Positions 12,599 to 24,040 of a stretch of DNA of 64,000 nucleotides are shown one piece after another (position 1 is the first letter of the stretch; each line of letters opens with the position of its first letter). Location of the stretch: the NCBI GenBank assembly GCA_977018835.1, contig OZ361259.1, positions 1,054,001 to 1,118,000 of the forward strand, given 5' to 3'. This stretch comes from Minutocellus sp. GHC0000111. Lineage: Eukaryota. The notes under the pieces were generated by a model, which saw only the letters and a list, made by a program, of their open reading frames with translations, was not told the DNA's origin and ran no database searches. A program made the translations under genes and the position numbers.

Positions 12599-12646
12599 GA
12601 CTCTACATGTAGATTCAATGTCACTAGTCATTGATCTGCGAGGGTG

Positions 12647-12842
12647 TGTTGATGCCGTGGGACACGTACGTACGTATACATACGTACAGTACGTACGGTG
12701 ATCAGACCACTGACTCAGTGCCCTCTCCTGACCGTTGATCCATGGGCCAACGACATCTCCGATGGCCCATTTTTCATCTACGTAGGTCCCATTAACCTCT
12801 ACTAGCTATATCTATCTAGCTTAGCTTTAGGACCTCTTAGCA
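12647..12842 (+). repeat. 3' LTR (196 bp, TG...CA)
   Basis: Starts TGTTGATG after the PPT, ends TTAGCA; direct repeat of 7021-7198. Confidence 0.95.
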
Positions 12843-14943
12843 CGATCTTCCAGTTTTCCAGCCCCATCCAAACTTCCTCCGCTGCATCCCAAGTCTGATC
12901 TTCTGTCAAAGCCTTCAGCCCCTCCCGATCGCGGCTCAACATTGCATGCCGCTTTGACATGCAAGGGAAAACAGACAGATCAAGAACATTCATATGGGGC
13001 ATTTGCGGGGCCTGAGGTTCCCAACGCCATCCCTTGTCCCGACAGTGTCCTTCCACATGTTCCACAAATTCAGTCTCGGCATGGGGCCCAGCATTGTCGC
13101 CCTGAAAAATAGGGACACAGCCTTCAAACTTTCCACCAGGTCCGACCAAAGCCTCAACATCCGGAAACATCTTGTTCTCAAATAAAGCTTTCAGTGGGAA
13201 CTTGGGATTATCAAGGGTGCCATGGCTGCATCCAGTCACCGCGCAATCCACAAGGTGTAGATCGTCTTTCTTCCGAACCACCGGGCCGCAATGTTTGATT
13301 CTGCCATCTGCCTGCCGCACCGCCTCCCTTGCCATCTGCCTCGCAATTTCATGCGCCTGAGCCCGAAAAAGTCCAAGCTTGAACGCAATGCCGCCATTCT
13401 CAATGCTGTCAATAAAAGCCAAGGCAGTGACAGCCACCACCATGCACTTGTTGATGTGACTTCGGTGACATGCCGAGAAGGACCGAGGATCAACACCCAA
13501 TTCTGCAACTTGCTTGGCATGCGATCGAAGAACCAAGCCCCAAAACCACTTCTCATCGAACATAATAAGGAGAAACTTGCCACCGCCGAGCCCCCAATTG
13601 TTTCGGAATTTCCGCGCAAACACCAAATGTTTCTCCATCTGATGGGTGGCAAGGAGAGGGATGATCCTTTCGGCACAGCACCGGAGCCCTTCCCGCGACA
13701 TTGTCCACCGCCGTGTTGCCGAGCAGCAACACCAAAAGTTGACATCAACCTCCAGCTCCCGCCAAGATTCCCGAGGATTTCGCATCAGAGCATCAACAAT
13801 AACATCTCGAATGTATGGCTGCACAGCCAGATGAGATCTCCTCTTCATCTCCCACATCGCCTTCTCGGATGCAGGCAGAGCACCACGCGCCTTCATCCAT
13901 CCCGAAAATCGTGCACCATGTTCTGCGCTGGACAGCACCGAATGGTCCACCTTTGCCTGCTCCCTGCACTTGGCAATTGCAAAGAGACATGGTGCAGCAT
14001 GCCGCCGGGTCGCCGTTGCAAGATCGTCGATGACAGAACGGAAGGCGGCCGAATCAGATTAATCATCGGCACTCGTTGGGAAGCAGCATGCCGGTCCACC
14101 GCCGCTCCTTTTCTTCGCCACCTTCTCCAGATTCGATAGATGTGAGTTGCTCTTCCCCCATCCAACTTGAACAAGGTGCCGGATGGACTCTGGATCATGC
14201 TTTGACTGTCGCTTCAGCATCCTTCCGTCGGAGCCTTGCCGAAAGTGATGCCGGTCGGGCTTGCTGTCAAGGTGCTGCCGAAGATGCATCACCTCTGCCC
14301 CTTCTCGGCATCGGTCATCTGCTTGGATCCGGGCTTGCCAAGACCGAGCTCTGCTCGATGAAACCCCTTGGGCTTCCCCGAAGAATATCCATCATTCAAT
14401 CTTTCCAGCAAATCATAAATGGGATGCCGCCGGTCAGATCCAGAGTCCACCGCCGGTTCATCCACCACCGGTGTCGCCCTCTTTGCCCTCCCAGCAGCAA
14501 GATTTGGTTGGAGAAATTCCTGACCAAATAGTATGACAGTGATGTCGTCGTGCGGTACGTCATGGTGGAGCAACCCACACCATGAGCTGCATCTTGCTTG
14601 ACCGACACAACCGTTTCTGCACCGGCACCGGCAACCAATTGGACGTAGCCATTTCCTGCAGGGCGGTTGTAGCCAGGAGAGGCATTGGCCTTTACCTGCA
14701 CGCGCTCTCCAACTCTCACATGGGCAAGGTGGTTGGTGGTGACAAATGGCTTGGTGCGGGGCGCAACAACGGGAGGAGCGGACGTTCTGGTGGCTTTCAG
14801 ATGCTCCGCGTTGGCCTTGAGCACCCGAGCCACTTCAGCCTCGCGCTGACGCTCCTTCTTCAGGAGCTTCGCCGCAAGCTCGGCATCGCCGAGGACCTTC
14901 TTTGTTCTCTTCCTGGGGGTCTTTGCCTTATTCTTTGGGGCAT
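12843..14943 (-). pseudogene. Mariner transposase of copy 2 with long N-terminal extension; extreme C-terminus displaced to ~6938-7017
   Basis: Same DEKWF / GDNAGPH / NVLDL motifs. ORFs 14396..15133, 14289..14573, 14059..14292 and 12802..13950 chain through frameshifts from a likely ATG at 14943. Confidence 0.8.
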
Positions 14944-15220
14944 TCTTGGCTCTATTTTGTGCCACAATGGTTGAATTTTGTGTTGAATTTTGTGTTGGTG
15001 AAAAATTATGAGTGGGGAGTCGAAAGTGAAAGTTCCAAAATGACACGATCGAACGGAAAAGACCACCATGGCGGGAACCACCAAACAAAAGAGTGCACAG
15101 GCCGAAAACTGCATGCGACCCACGCATGTCCAAATCCCATCAAAGCACATTGCATTCCACATGACATCTCACAAATCAAACAATTCAACAATATCAAACA
15201 TAAAACAAAATCAAATCATC

Positions 15221-15838
15221 ATGGTGCTCCGCTTCATCCTCATCAACAAATCCCAGCTCTCCAAGTCCTGGGTGATCCCCGCCGGTGCAAATGTCGTCCT
15301 GGACGACGAGAGAACCTCGGGCCAGCATGAGATCCTTGCCATCCCCAAGCATGCCGATCGCGTCATCGAAATGCTCAGCTTCGACTTCCGCCCGAGACAC
15401 AAATGGATTGAACACATGCTCACCGCCGCTGTCTTGGCCATCATCATTGACCAGGAGAAAACTCTCAAGATTGACGGGCCCGAGGATTTTGAGAAGCACA
15501 TGCTCCTCAATGTCGTCAGCCGACTCGTCTGCCGGGCGATCAGGGCCGAGAACATGCCCCTCGACATGGATGACGTCGTGGCAACAACTGAATCGGTGTG
15601 CGACAAGGCCGCGGAGACGCTCCACTCCTCAGTTGCCTTAATCTGCAAGTTCAACGGCGTGAAGCGAGAGCTAAAGAAGCTCAAGCTCATCCCGGATTCG
15701 CTGTGGTGCGAGATCCGGGACGAGTGCATCGCACTGCCGATCCGAGGCGAGTGTCATGCCATCGTTCAAGATGAAGACGAGATGGAGGCCGAACCGTCGA
15801 ACGAACGCGTCCATCTGATTAGAGCCGCTGAAATCTAG
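15221..15838 (+). CDS. Passenger ORF (205 aa, unknown function) inside the mariner TIRs
   Basis: ATG after an A/C-rich leader, strong GC3 codon bias, uninterrupted frame, divergent from the transposase. Confidence 0.7.
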   Translation: MVLRFILINKSQLSKSWVIPAGANVVLDDERTSGQHEILAIPKHADRVIEMLSFDFRPRHKWIEHMLTAAVLAIIIDQEKTLKIDGPEDFEKHMLLNVVSRLVCRAIRAENMPLDMDDVVATTESVCDKAAETLHSSVALICKFNGVKRELKKLKLIPDSLWCEIRDECIALPIRGECHAIVQDEDEMEAEPSNERVHLIRAAEI

Positions 15839-16003
15839 AGTCTTATCCGAATTATTGTTTCATATTAGGATAAATCAATATTAGATAAAAAAATATCCAT
15901 TTTGTTATGTATTTCAGTATGACTATTCTTCGAGGCGCTTTTCAATTCCCCTCGAAAGCAGTCGAAAACCGGGCGCTCGATTTCTCGCGAATCTGACCTC
16001 ATA

Positions 16004-16922
16004 GTAATTCCGAATCTTTTGCTAGCAGGAGCTCAGAAAAGTGGAACGACTGCCTTACACGCGGCTCTTGAATTGATATCCCAAAAGGCAAGCACAATCT
16101 GCTTTCCTAAAAAGTTGACAACGGAAGAAAAGTATTATGCAAAAGAGCTTCATTTTTTTGACAGGGAAAATCGGTGGGAAGAAGGACCTGTTTTCTTTCA
16201 TGAACGTTTTCGTCACTGTTTGACTAATCATAGATCATAGTCATCAAGAAAAGGGACAAAGACAATGGAGACTAGATGCCTACATGCTGTTCCCAGAAAA
16301 AAATAGTGTCTTTCTATGAAAATTATGCCGCAATAGATGGGTTGCGAATAATATTCTGTCTTCGCGAGCCTGTTTCAAGAGAAATTAGCTTTTATAAGAA
16401 CCAAAAGAGGGATTACATTCAGCAAGGAACTCCACTCTCAGAGGGGGGGGGCTCACAAGTCTCCGTGAATTTTGGATGAAGAAAAATTTTAGTGAGTTGC
16501 TTGCCAAGAATGGTGATAATGCTAGAAATCTTGCTAGTCCTTCATCACATAATAATGGGCTGTATGGACCGTTACTGAGACGTTGGATTGCAGCTATGCC
16601 CGGCCGTCGCTCGCAGATCTTAGTCCTGTCGTACGATGAGCTCTTGGAAGACCAGGCTTCTGTCTTACGACGCATTAATGGTTTTCTGGGGCTAACAGAC
16701 CAAAATGACGCTTCTCACGAATTGGTCAATGAAATACCAATTCGAAACAAATTTTCTACTCTTCTGTACAATTCTACTGAAACTTCATGTTCCTATCAAG
16801 ATGATCTTGCTGCGCTTTTCGAAGAATCTAACCAACAATTGTACCAGTTACTTCGTCAAAATCCGGGGCCATCAACCGAGGAAAGGCCATTTCGAAGATT
16901 CCAGTATAGATGTGATCACTGA
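16004..16922 (+). pseudogene. PAPS-dependent sulfotransferase catalytic domain (disrupted)
   Basis: AGAQKSGTTAL (5'PSB), KELHFFD, LREPVSREISFY (3'PB), GLYGPLLRRW...ILVLSYDEL, spread over three ORFs. Confidence 0.88.
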
Positions 16923-17559
16923 GGCTCATTGGGAACGTATCGCATTTGAATGCTTGGTACAAATTGGTTGATTGTTTGTGGATCTATCCGTAGAATCTAC
17001 GTACCCTGCATGTCATTGTCCTTGTATTTGATTCAATTTGGGAATGTGCCCAGTGAGGGCTTGGAGTGCTGCACTGATACTACGCAGCATGCAGCTGCAG
17101 CTCAAAACTTTTGTGTGTAGAGTCGAGTCTAGTCTGTAGAGGGTTTTCATGAGAGAGCCGACACCCCCTCCGCGATGTTTCGGAAACATTGTACCAAACT
17201 AACTCGACTGCATATTACTACTTAGATAGGTGTTGTAGACCATAATCAATGGTCAAGTTAGTTTGGTACAGATCTCGGGGTCCTTTTAGCATATCTTATA
17301 GATACGGTATAAGAGTGTCTTGGTACTATTTGTTCAAAACTTTTGATTTTGTGGGTAAATATACATGTAGTTGTGCTGCTTCAGAGAAAGAAAATTTTGC
17401 ATTGAACTTCATCATAAAACAAAACCCATTTGGTCCAACAAAAGGTGCCACAAGATGTGTTGCCGCTGTGCCTCCCATTGACAACAATCAAGACTATGGG
17501 GCACCATACCTTCGTGATAGCCTTTTACACATGTGATGCAGTAGGGTAGTTGCGGTTAC

Positions 17560-19050
17560 CTTTTTGAGGCTTGAAAAAGTCATTCGCGTTAGACCCAATT
17601 TTTTTGACAGTTTCCGACGTAGTAGTGGAGATGATGAAGGCAATGATAACTCTAGCAACGATGACCATTACATGGCGGCTTATAATGTAGCAATATATAG
17701 GAAAAGAAAAAGAGCCAAACCACCAACGCAACGAATTGGTTTCCACGCTCATGACATGAGAGCTTGGCTCCCAGACTCTGGGGCCACCGATCACTTTATG
17801 ATGACACACTCCGGGGAGTGCGGACTCCAGCGGGACCGAGGTTGATTGTTGGGTAGACCCCGCCATAAGGCGGCATCGCAACTACTCGATTGTCCATGAA
17901 GTGAACAATCTCTCACTCTGCTTTTACTGCGAGTTCAGGGCCTTGTACTTTAACTCTAGATTCCACAAAGCACACCAACCAGCACAGACACAAATGGTTG
18001 TCACTCCTCTCCCTGAACTACTCAGCAAAAGCTCTGCTGCAAGGGAGGAAGAAAGGCGGACTCTCTTGGCTCTCTAAGAAAATCACTTGCTGTAGCTCTC
18101 TCGTTCAAGGACAGTGTCAATGCATGACTCCTTCTGATCGATGAATCAATCGATCTTGACACCAACCCGCAAGCTCAGAAAGAGTACAAAAGACCTAAAG
18201 TTAAATTGACTTTGAAAAGTCAAAGCAGCAAAGCCAGCAAGCAGACCGACATCGACTCCGGATCCTTGCGCCAGGGCGATGATCGTGCCTGTTCCACAGC
18301 ATCGTGCGCGCCAAGTGGCGATAGCTGCGCGGAATCTCAAGGTTCGCAACCTGCTTCTCACGATGAGGAGCATTGCCGTCCAACCACACCAGTGCAAACT
18401 CTGAATGTGTCCCAACAAATCTTTCTTGAGTGGCATGAGCGACTCGGTCACACATGCCGACATGTTCACGAAATTATTGCCTGAGCCATTATTCAAAGCA
18501 TTGCGAAAAGGCATCATGGGATGGTAAACATTGTCATCGAATCAGAGCTGATCAAGCTACCAAAAGTAGAAAGCAACTTCCGACATCGATCGTCAGTGGA
18601 AACACACTAACCCGAAAACAACAACATGCAAGAGGACTTGATCTTTTTGTCGACGTCAAAGTTAACTCTGGTTTGTGTACTTTATCTTGGAACTACCCGG
18701 AGAAACAATTTAAAATTAGGTTTCTCGTACTTTATCAAGCATCGCGGAGAGACAAATCTTCTCGTCTTCATTCATCATTCGAAATCGAATCAACGAATGG
18801 ACCAATCGATCACAACACAACAAAGTACCTCGTCACGAGGGAGTGTTGAGCAAGAACGATCGAAGCTTCTTTCTAATACGTAGGTATGACGAAGGAACTC
18901 CGTTGGTAGTGCGAACCACGCGGCCCAAAGACACTGCCAGGGCCAGACAGGCAGAAGAGCGAGAGCCTCTGCTGCATGTCAAGCAAGGCCATCCGTGGTA
19001 ACCACGCGATAAGCAGTGTAGTATGCGAGGTAGAAGGTAAACTCTCACAA
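17560..19050 (+). mobile_element. Deleted Ty1/copia relic of a second family
   Basis: WLPDSGATDHF (protease, ~17770), FLEWHERLGH (GAG-pre-integrase, ~18430), PPT-like GAGGGAG followed by TGTTGAG at 18844 (probable 3' LTR start). The LTR end is uncertain. Confidence 0.7.
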
Positions 19051-19093
19051 TTCATAAACACAGATCATTCCAAACCCAATTTACTAGTAGTAG

Positions 19094-20230
19094 TTAGTCA
19101 TTCCTAATCCAACACGTGGCAAACTCAACGAGGTGCTTCATTTCTTTCACGGAATATACACTGCCACCTGGAACAGAAGGTACTGCTAGTTCAGGATAGG
19201 AATCAAACTTCAACATGAATGATTGATCATCAGTCAACCTGAGATGTAGCAGATTGAAACCAAGCTTCGCAATGAAGTCAACAACATCCTTCAAGTCTGA
19301 AATGGAAAAATACACACGAGCAGCATCCACAAGTACCCCAGCATATCGAACACGTCGATTATGATGCATTGGCTCCTTCATGTTGCCGATATTGGAGTAA
19401 CTGTCTCCCTTGCTACTATTATTCATTTTGACATCAGAACGATCGCATGGGTAGATATCAGAGTCGGGACATGCATCAAAGCCAAAATAGTCCCAACCAT
19501 ACTAGTCTTCTCTTTTGCGATCTATTCCAAGCTTCTCTTCATTCATCCACATTCCGCGGTGCGGCTTCAAACATCTTGGCAGGCGCTTGCTGGACTGGGA
19601 TGGTTTCCTGACAGTAAGACCTTGCCCTCCGATTGGTTGCATAAGTGTGTGTGCCACAAGATATTGTCTGGTGACAGCCCAGCCTTTCTCATTTGATTTG
19701 TCCTCCATTAGTAGTTTTGATGCAACAACATCAGGACGATCATCATCATCAACGCCACTTTCATATCTTGCCATGAAGTCCAACAGGAATGGTCTAGTCA
19801 TTATCCAACCAGAGGCACCAATACCAGTCCCAACAAAGTACCGCGATTGTGTTTTAGCGATTCTCTCCAACTCGGAGAGTGGAACACAGTGTATTATCAG
19901 ATTCCATGTAGAACAAATATTGCGATTGAGTATTATTGGCAACATAATGAAAGATCTGCAGCATTTTGGCCTTGTAGCATCTTATCGAGTAATTCTTCAC
20001 ACGGAGCAACTCCAATCTTGCGCCCATTGAGGTGGAGCTGCTCTGATTGCTACTTGCAGGAATGGTCTTACCATCCACATTGATGTAATTGAAAATGTAC
20101 ATGCCAAATGGAGGATCAATTGCAACCATCCGATTTGCATCACGCATCATGAATGCAAAGAGATTATTATCTTGCAAGACGTTTTGTTTGCGATGTTCAT
20201 ATGTTCTTGTTTCATTTTGAGGAAACCAGA
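19094..20230 (-). pseudogene. Glycosyltransferase-like domain followed by a truncated GH20 beta-hexosaminidase domain
   Basis: YLFYMESDNTLC...GIGASGWIM...RPDVV (GT-A-like, tentative), then RYAGVLVDAARVYF...FNLLHLRLTDDQSF...YSVKEMKHLVEFA (GH20 catalytic N-half). Three frames. Confidence 0.7.
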
Positions 20231-20718
20231 AAGAAGCTGTTACAGAAGCGAGCTTGTTGCTGCTACTGTTGAGAAGATACTACTGTTGAAACAGTATGAC
20301 GCTACCACAACACCACCCCAAGTAGTAAAGGCTGCCACAATGATGATGTCATTTATTTTTGTGCAAGTTACTTACATTTGCATCTCTCTCTGCAAGAAGC
20401 TGTTACAGAAGCGAGCTTGTTGCTGCTACTGTTGAGAAGATACTACTGTTGAAACAGTATGACGCTACCACAACACCACCCCAAGTAGTAAAGGCTGCCA
20501 CAATGATGATGTCATTTATTTTTGTGCAAGTTACTTACATTTGCATCTCTCTCTGCAAGAAGCTGTTACAGAAGCGAGCTTGTTGCTGCTACTGTTGAGA
20601 AGATACTACTGTTGAAACAGTATGACGCTACCACAACACCACCCCAAGTAGTAAAGGCTGCCATAATGATGATGTCATTTATTTTTGTGCAAGTTAATTA
20701 CATTTGCATCTCTCTGCA
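20231..20718. repeat. Tandem triplication, 163-bp unit
   Basis: Units start at 20231, 20394 and 20557. Units 1 and 2 look identical; unit 3 has two substitutions and a 2-bp shorter CT run. Confidence 0.97.
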
Positions 20719-21199
20719 TTTCATGCATCTTCCGAATTTTCGTGCTCTTTTCCCCGCAGCTACTAGAGTAATGCGGTGAGTTGAGCGGCCGTGAAAAAAA
20801 TTGTGTTTAAATAATGTGTTGAGGCCGATGCTGCAACGAGAACGAAACGCATTCTGGTCCCGCCGGAATATAGGGGATTTGACCCCTCCCGGATTTGATT
20901 TTTTCCCCATAAGTTACGGGGGATCCCTCTATGCCAAAAATTCCAGCACATGACGTGCGTCGAAATGATACCTAGGCCTAGGTAGGGATTCTTCTCGCTT
21001 CTCCTTGTGACCCTTGTTCCGGGTGTCCTTTTTGATCAGTCATTGTCCTTCCGTCACTCCACAGCATTTTCCTTAGCATTCGGAACAGAGCCTCATTGCA
21101 TCAATCTCTCTTAGAACAATCTCTGTCTTAAGACATAACCATGGAAGCACCTGTGTTAGGGTTAGATAACAGAAATAGAAAGAATAGAAGTAAAAAGGG

Positions 21200-23330
21200 C
21201 TACAGCGAAGCTGCTAGCCTGGTGAGGTGCATGTGAGTCGGACCTAAGGGTCCTGTGAAATCACGTGCGCCTTCAAATGCATGTGCCGGGTCAGACACTG
21301 GCAGATCTCTGTCTAGATCTGCTCATCATGTGTGGAGACCGGGGCAAGCCATTGCAGTCATGGTAACAACATCAATGATGACTAGTCAAGGTTCGCACGT
21401 CTGCGAGCTGATTGCTCTCGGCAAGAGTGCTGGGCTTCTAGCTTGCCTGCTCCGTCATGAGCATGTAGGTGCGGGCTAACAAGCCCTACAGATGCCACCT
21501 CAAACACCAATCTGTTGCAGAAAACTTCATTGAGATGGTCCCATCTCAGACTTGCTCTGTCAGTTGATGGCACACAGTCCCAAGGTGTCACTCCATCTGG
21601 CTGATGACCAACACCACAAGCATGAGCCCAGTCTTTTATTTTTAGAAATGCTGTAGCAAGGGCACAATTTTTGTAATGACTCCTTCTCCCTCAATGGCAT
21701 TCAAGAGGAACTCATCACCTTTCTTGGATCTGAGCTGAGATGAGAAAGATTTGCGATTGAAAGACGAGATGTTGCAACCAGCCTCAGGTGCAGGTCGTTC
21801 CTCAATTTCTTGCATGGTGGCACCAAGAATTGTCAATCGAGGCACTCTGCTGCTGAGGAAAACTCTCATGCCAGGAGCAAGCCGTTCATCTTTGGCATCT
21901 CTGGCCATCAGTTGCCTCTTCAGCTGCTGCATTTCACAAGCCGCAAGCCCCTTGATGCACTCATTGAGGCTGAAATCACACACACATCATTGTCATGAAA
22001 AAAGATTCGAAAGTTTCCAGGTGACTTGCTCTGATCTTTTGTGGGCCACAAAATGACAAATCGTCTTTCCGTCAGTGCGTCAATTTCTGTGTTGCTAATT
22101 TTAATTTTCTCATTCAAACCCATTTTCGGCTTGGGAGTGTGATGCCCGGACCCCTCCACCATGGTGGACCATCATCCCCGCTGCTACACGGCGTTGACAC
22201 AAGATGTGCGCATTCAGAAGGCCGGCCGACACCATTTCGCTTCACATGCGAAAGTTTCACCTGACTCCGACAGGCACAGCACGAGACAACATCATGCACA
22301 ACAATCAACCATGTGAAATCACACACAAAACGACCGCGGATGTCATGTGTTGCTGTGAGAGCCACAGCAGCCCAATCCCTCCAGCATTCCAAAGAGATGC
22401 GCCCGAGACATGCGTTCAATTGTTTTTGTGGTTGATTGTTGTGTTTTGTTTTTGTGTCCCCACCCCGGCCGGCCGATGATGAGAGCAAAATTTGCCCCGT
22501 CGGCCCGTCACGTGTTTTTGATTTTTTTTGATCGAGCACAACATGTGCTACGAATGGAATTTTGACCCCGCTCCTTCGCGAGATGAACGAGAGGGGGCAG
22601 CGGCAGCAGTCCGGAGGCGTCGGGCGTGACTCCGGAGGATCTGTAACATGTTCTCTTCATTTTTCGGCTCAAGGAGTGGAGGGCCGTACGACGTCATTTT
22701 TTGCGTGAAACTTCCCCCACCACAGCGAAAGCACGCGAAGGAATTTCGAGACCGGACTTTCGGGTCCACCTTCCTCATGTTATGTAAAAGGTGGACATTC
22801 ATCAAAAAGCCCGAATTGAACCTTTGTGGCTTCGTCAATGAGGGGGAAAAATCCTGCATTTCAGCAGTGAAAACGACTGCGTTCGGCGCTAACAAAATTT
22901 CACCGACGGACGACGGAAAGACGATTTGTCACAGCTCTTGTTCGGAGTGGCCCACAAAAGATCAGAGCAAGTCAGGTAGGAGTGGATGGTCAGTCATGAA
23001 TGGTGATGCCCTTGCAGCTTCTTGAGCTGTCACACCAGCAGCAAACACAGGAGTGCCATCCAGAAAGCAATGGATGCCGTTGCACACACCAGTGCATGTA
23101 GCGCTGCTTTCTTTCCCCAAATTTGCTGCTGCTACGGCACCTGCGCAGTGTTTTGTCCCAAACTTTGCCAGCAGGTGCTTCCCCAGAGCCTCTGTTTCAT
23201 AAAATGCAGCAACAGCGGAGTTAGCTGAAGCAGAAAAATGTTTGTTAGCACCTTCTTCATCTGGTGGAAGAGATTCTAGTGAATTTGGTGTTTCTCTGAT
23301 CATCTTTCTTTTGGCTGGCTGAAAATGAGA
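21200..23330 (-). mobile_element. Degenerate TE-like coding relic, interrupted by the 22023-22973 MITE
   Basis: TpA-depleted. The frame TDHPLLP|GNFRIFFHDNDV is restored when the MITE and one TSD are removed. Family not identified. Confidence 0.5.
22023..22973. mobile_element. Non-autonomous TIR element (MITE A), 4-bp TSD
   Basis: Perfect 27-bp TIR GACTTGCTCTGATCTTTTGTGGGCCAC (22023-49 / 22947-73). Second 20-bp IR at 22054-73 / 22912-31. AGGT on both flanks. Confidence 0.92.
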
Positions 23331-23384
23331 AAATGAAAAAAAATCGTTTGAAATAAATCATGCCACACACTGCGTGCTTGCTAA

Positions 23385-24040
23385 GAGTGGGTCCAAATGA
23401 AAAAAATTGTCTTGCGTCAAAATCGGCTGAGTCAAAATCCGATTTTGGTGTGGTGCTTGCGCGGAGGAAAATCGAGCGCGCATGCACGCAAATCTGATCT
23501 GCTTCGAAATCGACATTTTGCGCACGTGATGTGCTGACAAATGAGGGTGGTGCGGGAGCCGCTCTCGAATGCAACAACTCTAGCGAATCCAAATGCAAAA
23601 ATTTGCACAACTGTCGACAAGATACTGATGTTCCAGAACATGGCTCGGAAATGTCACATAAAAAGCGATTGTGTGGAATTTGACACATCATGTGAGCCCC
23701 CAAAATCGAAGACACGGGCCCATTTTTTGTCATTTTTGGGCCCAAAAACACGGAATTCACAATGACCGACGCAATGACGACCACACGAAACGTGCACTGG
23801 GCAACACATGCAATCCTCATACTTTTGCGTTCCGTTCTTCCGCTCAAAATAGAGCTGCATGTTGGCATCTGCCGCATCCGAGGTCGATGGTGACGGACAG
23901 ACCCAGATTTTGACGCAGCCGATTTCCGCACAAATGAGAAAAATCATCTGGAACATGAACCGGCTTGCTTGTTTTTCTGCTTCGGATTCCGGTGCAGTCG
24001 ATTTCGACACAAGTCGACTTTTTTTCATTTGGACCGCCTC
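23385..24040. mobile_element. PIF/Harbinger-like MITE
   Basis: Imperfect ~55-bp TIR GAG(TG/GC)GGTCCAAATGAAAAAAA..., with TAA immediately outside both ends. Confidence 0.85.

Larger units (their letters stand above)
7021..12842 (+). mobile_element. Ty1/copia LTR retrotransposon (CoDi-like), nearly full length, decayed
   Basis: Paired LTRs, gag-PR-IN-RT-RH order, and purine-rich PPT-like GCGAGGGTG just before the 3' LTR. Confidence 0.96.
6653..16001 (-). mobile_element. Tc1/mariner DNA transposon, copy 2, with passenger ORF and nested copia
   Basis: TA TSD at 6651-52 and 16002-03. TIRs CGAAGTCCGTTTCGCGAGAAATCGAGCGC versus (rc) TGAGGTCAGATTCGCGAGAAATCGAGCGC. Confidence 0.92.

Noticed and set aside
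7021..12842. ADAR/APOBEC editing of the retroelement as the cause of the mutations
   Set aside because: Both A>G and T>C occur on the same strand and DNA transposons are equally affected; APOBEC would give G>A/C>T.
20231..20718. CRISPR-like array
   Set aside because: Contiguous 163-bp units without unique spacers, no cas genes, eukaryotic context.
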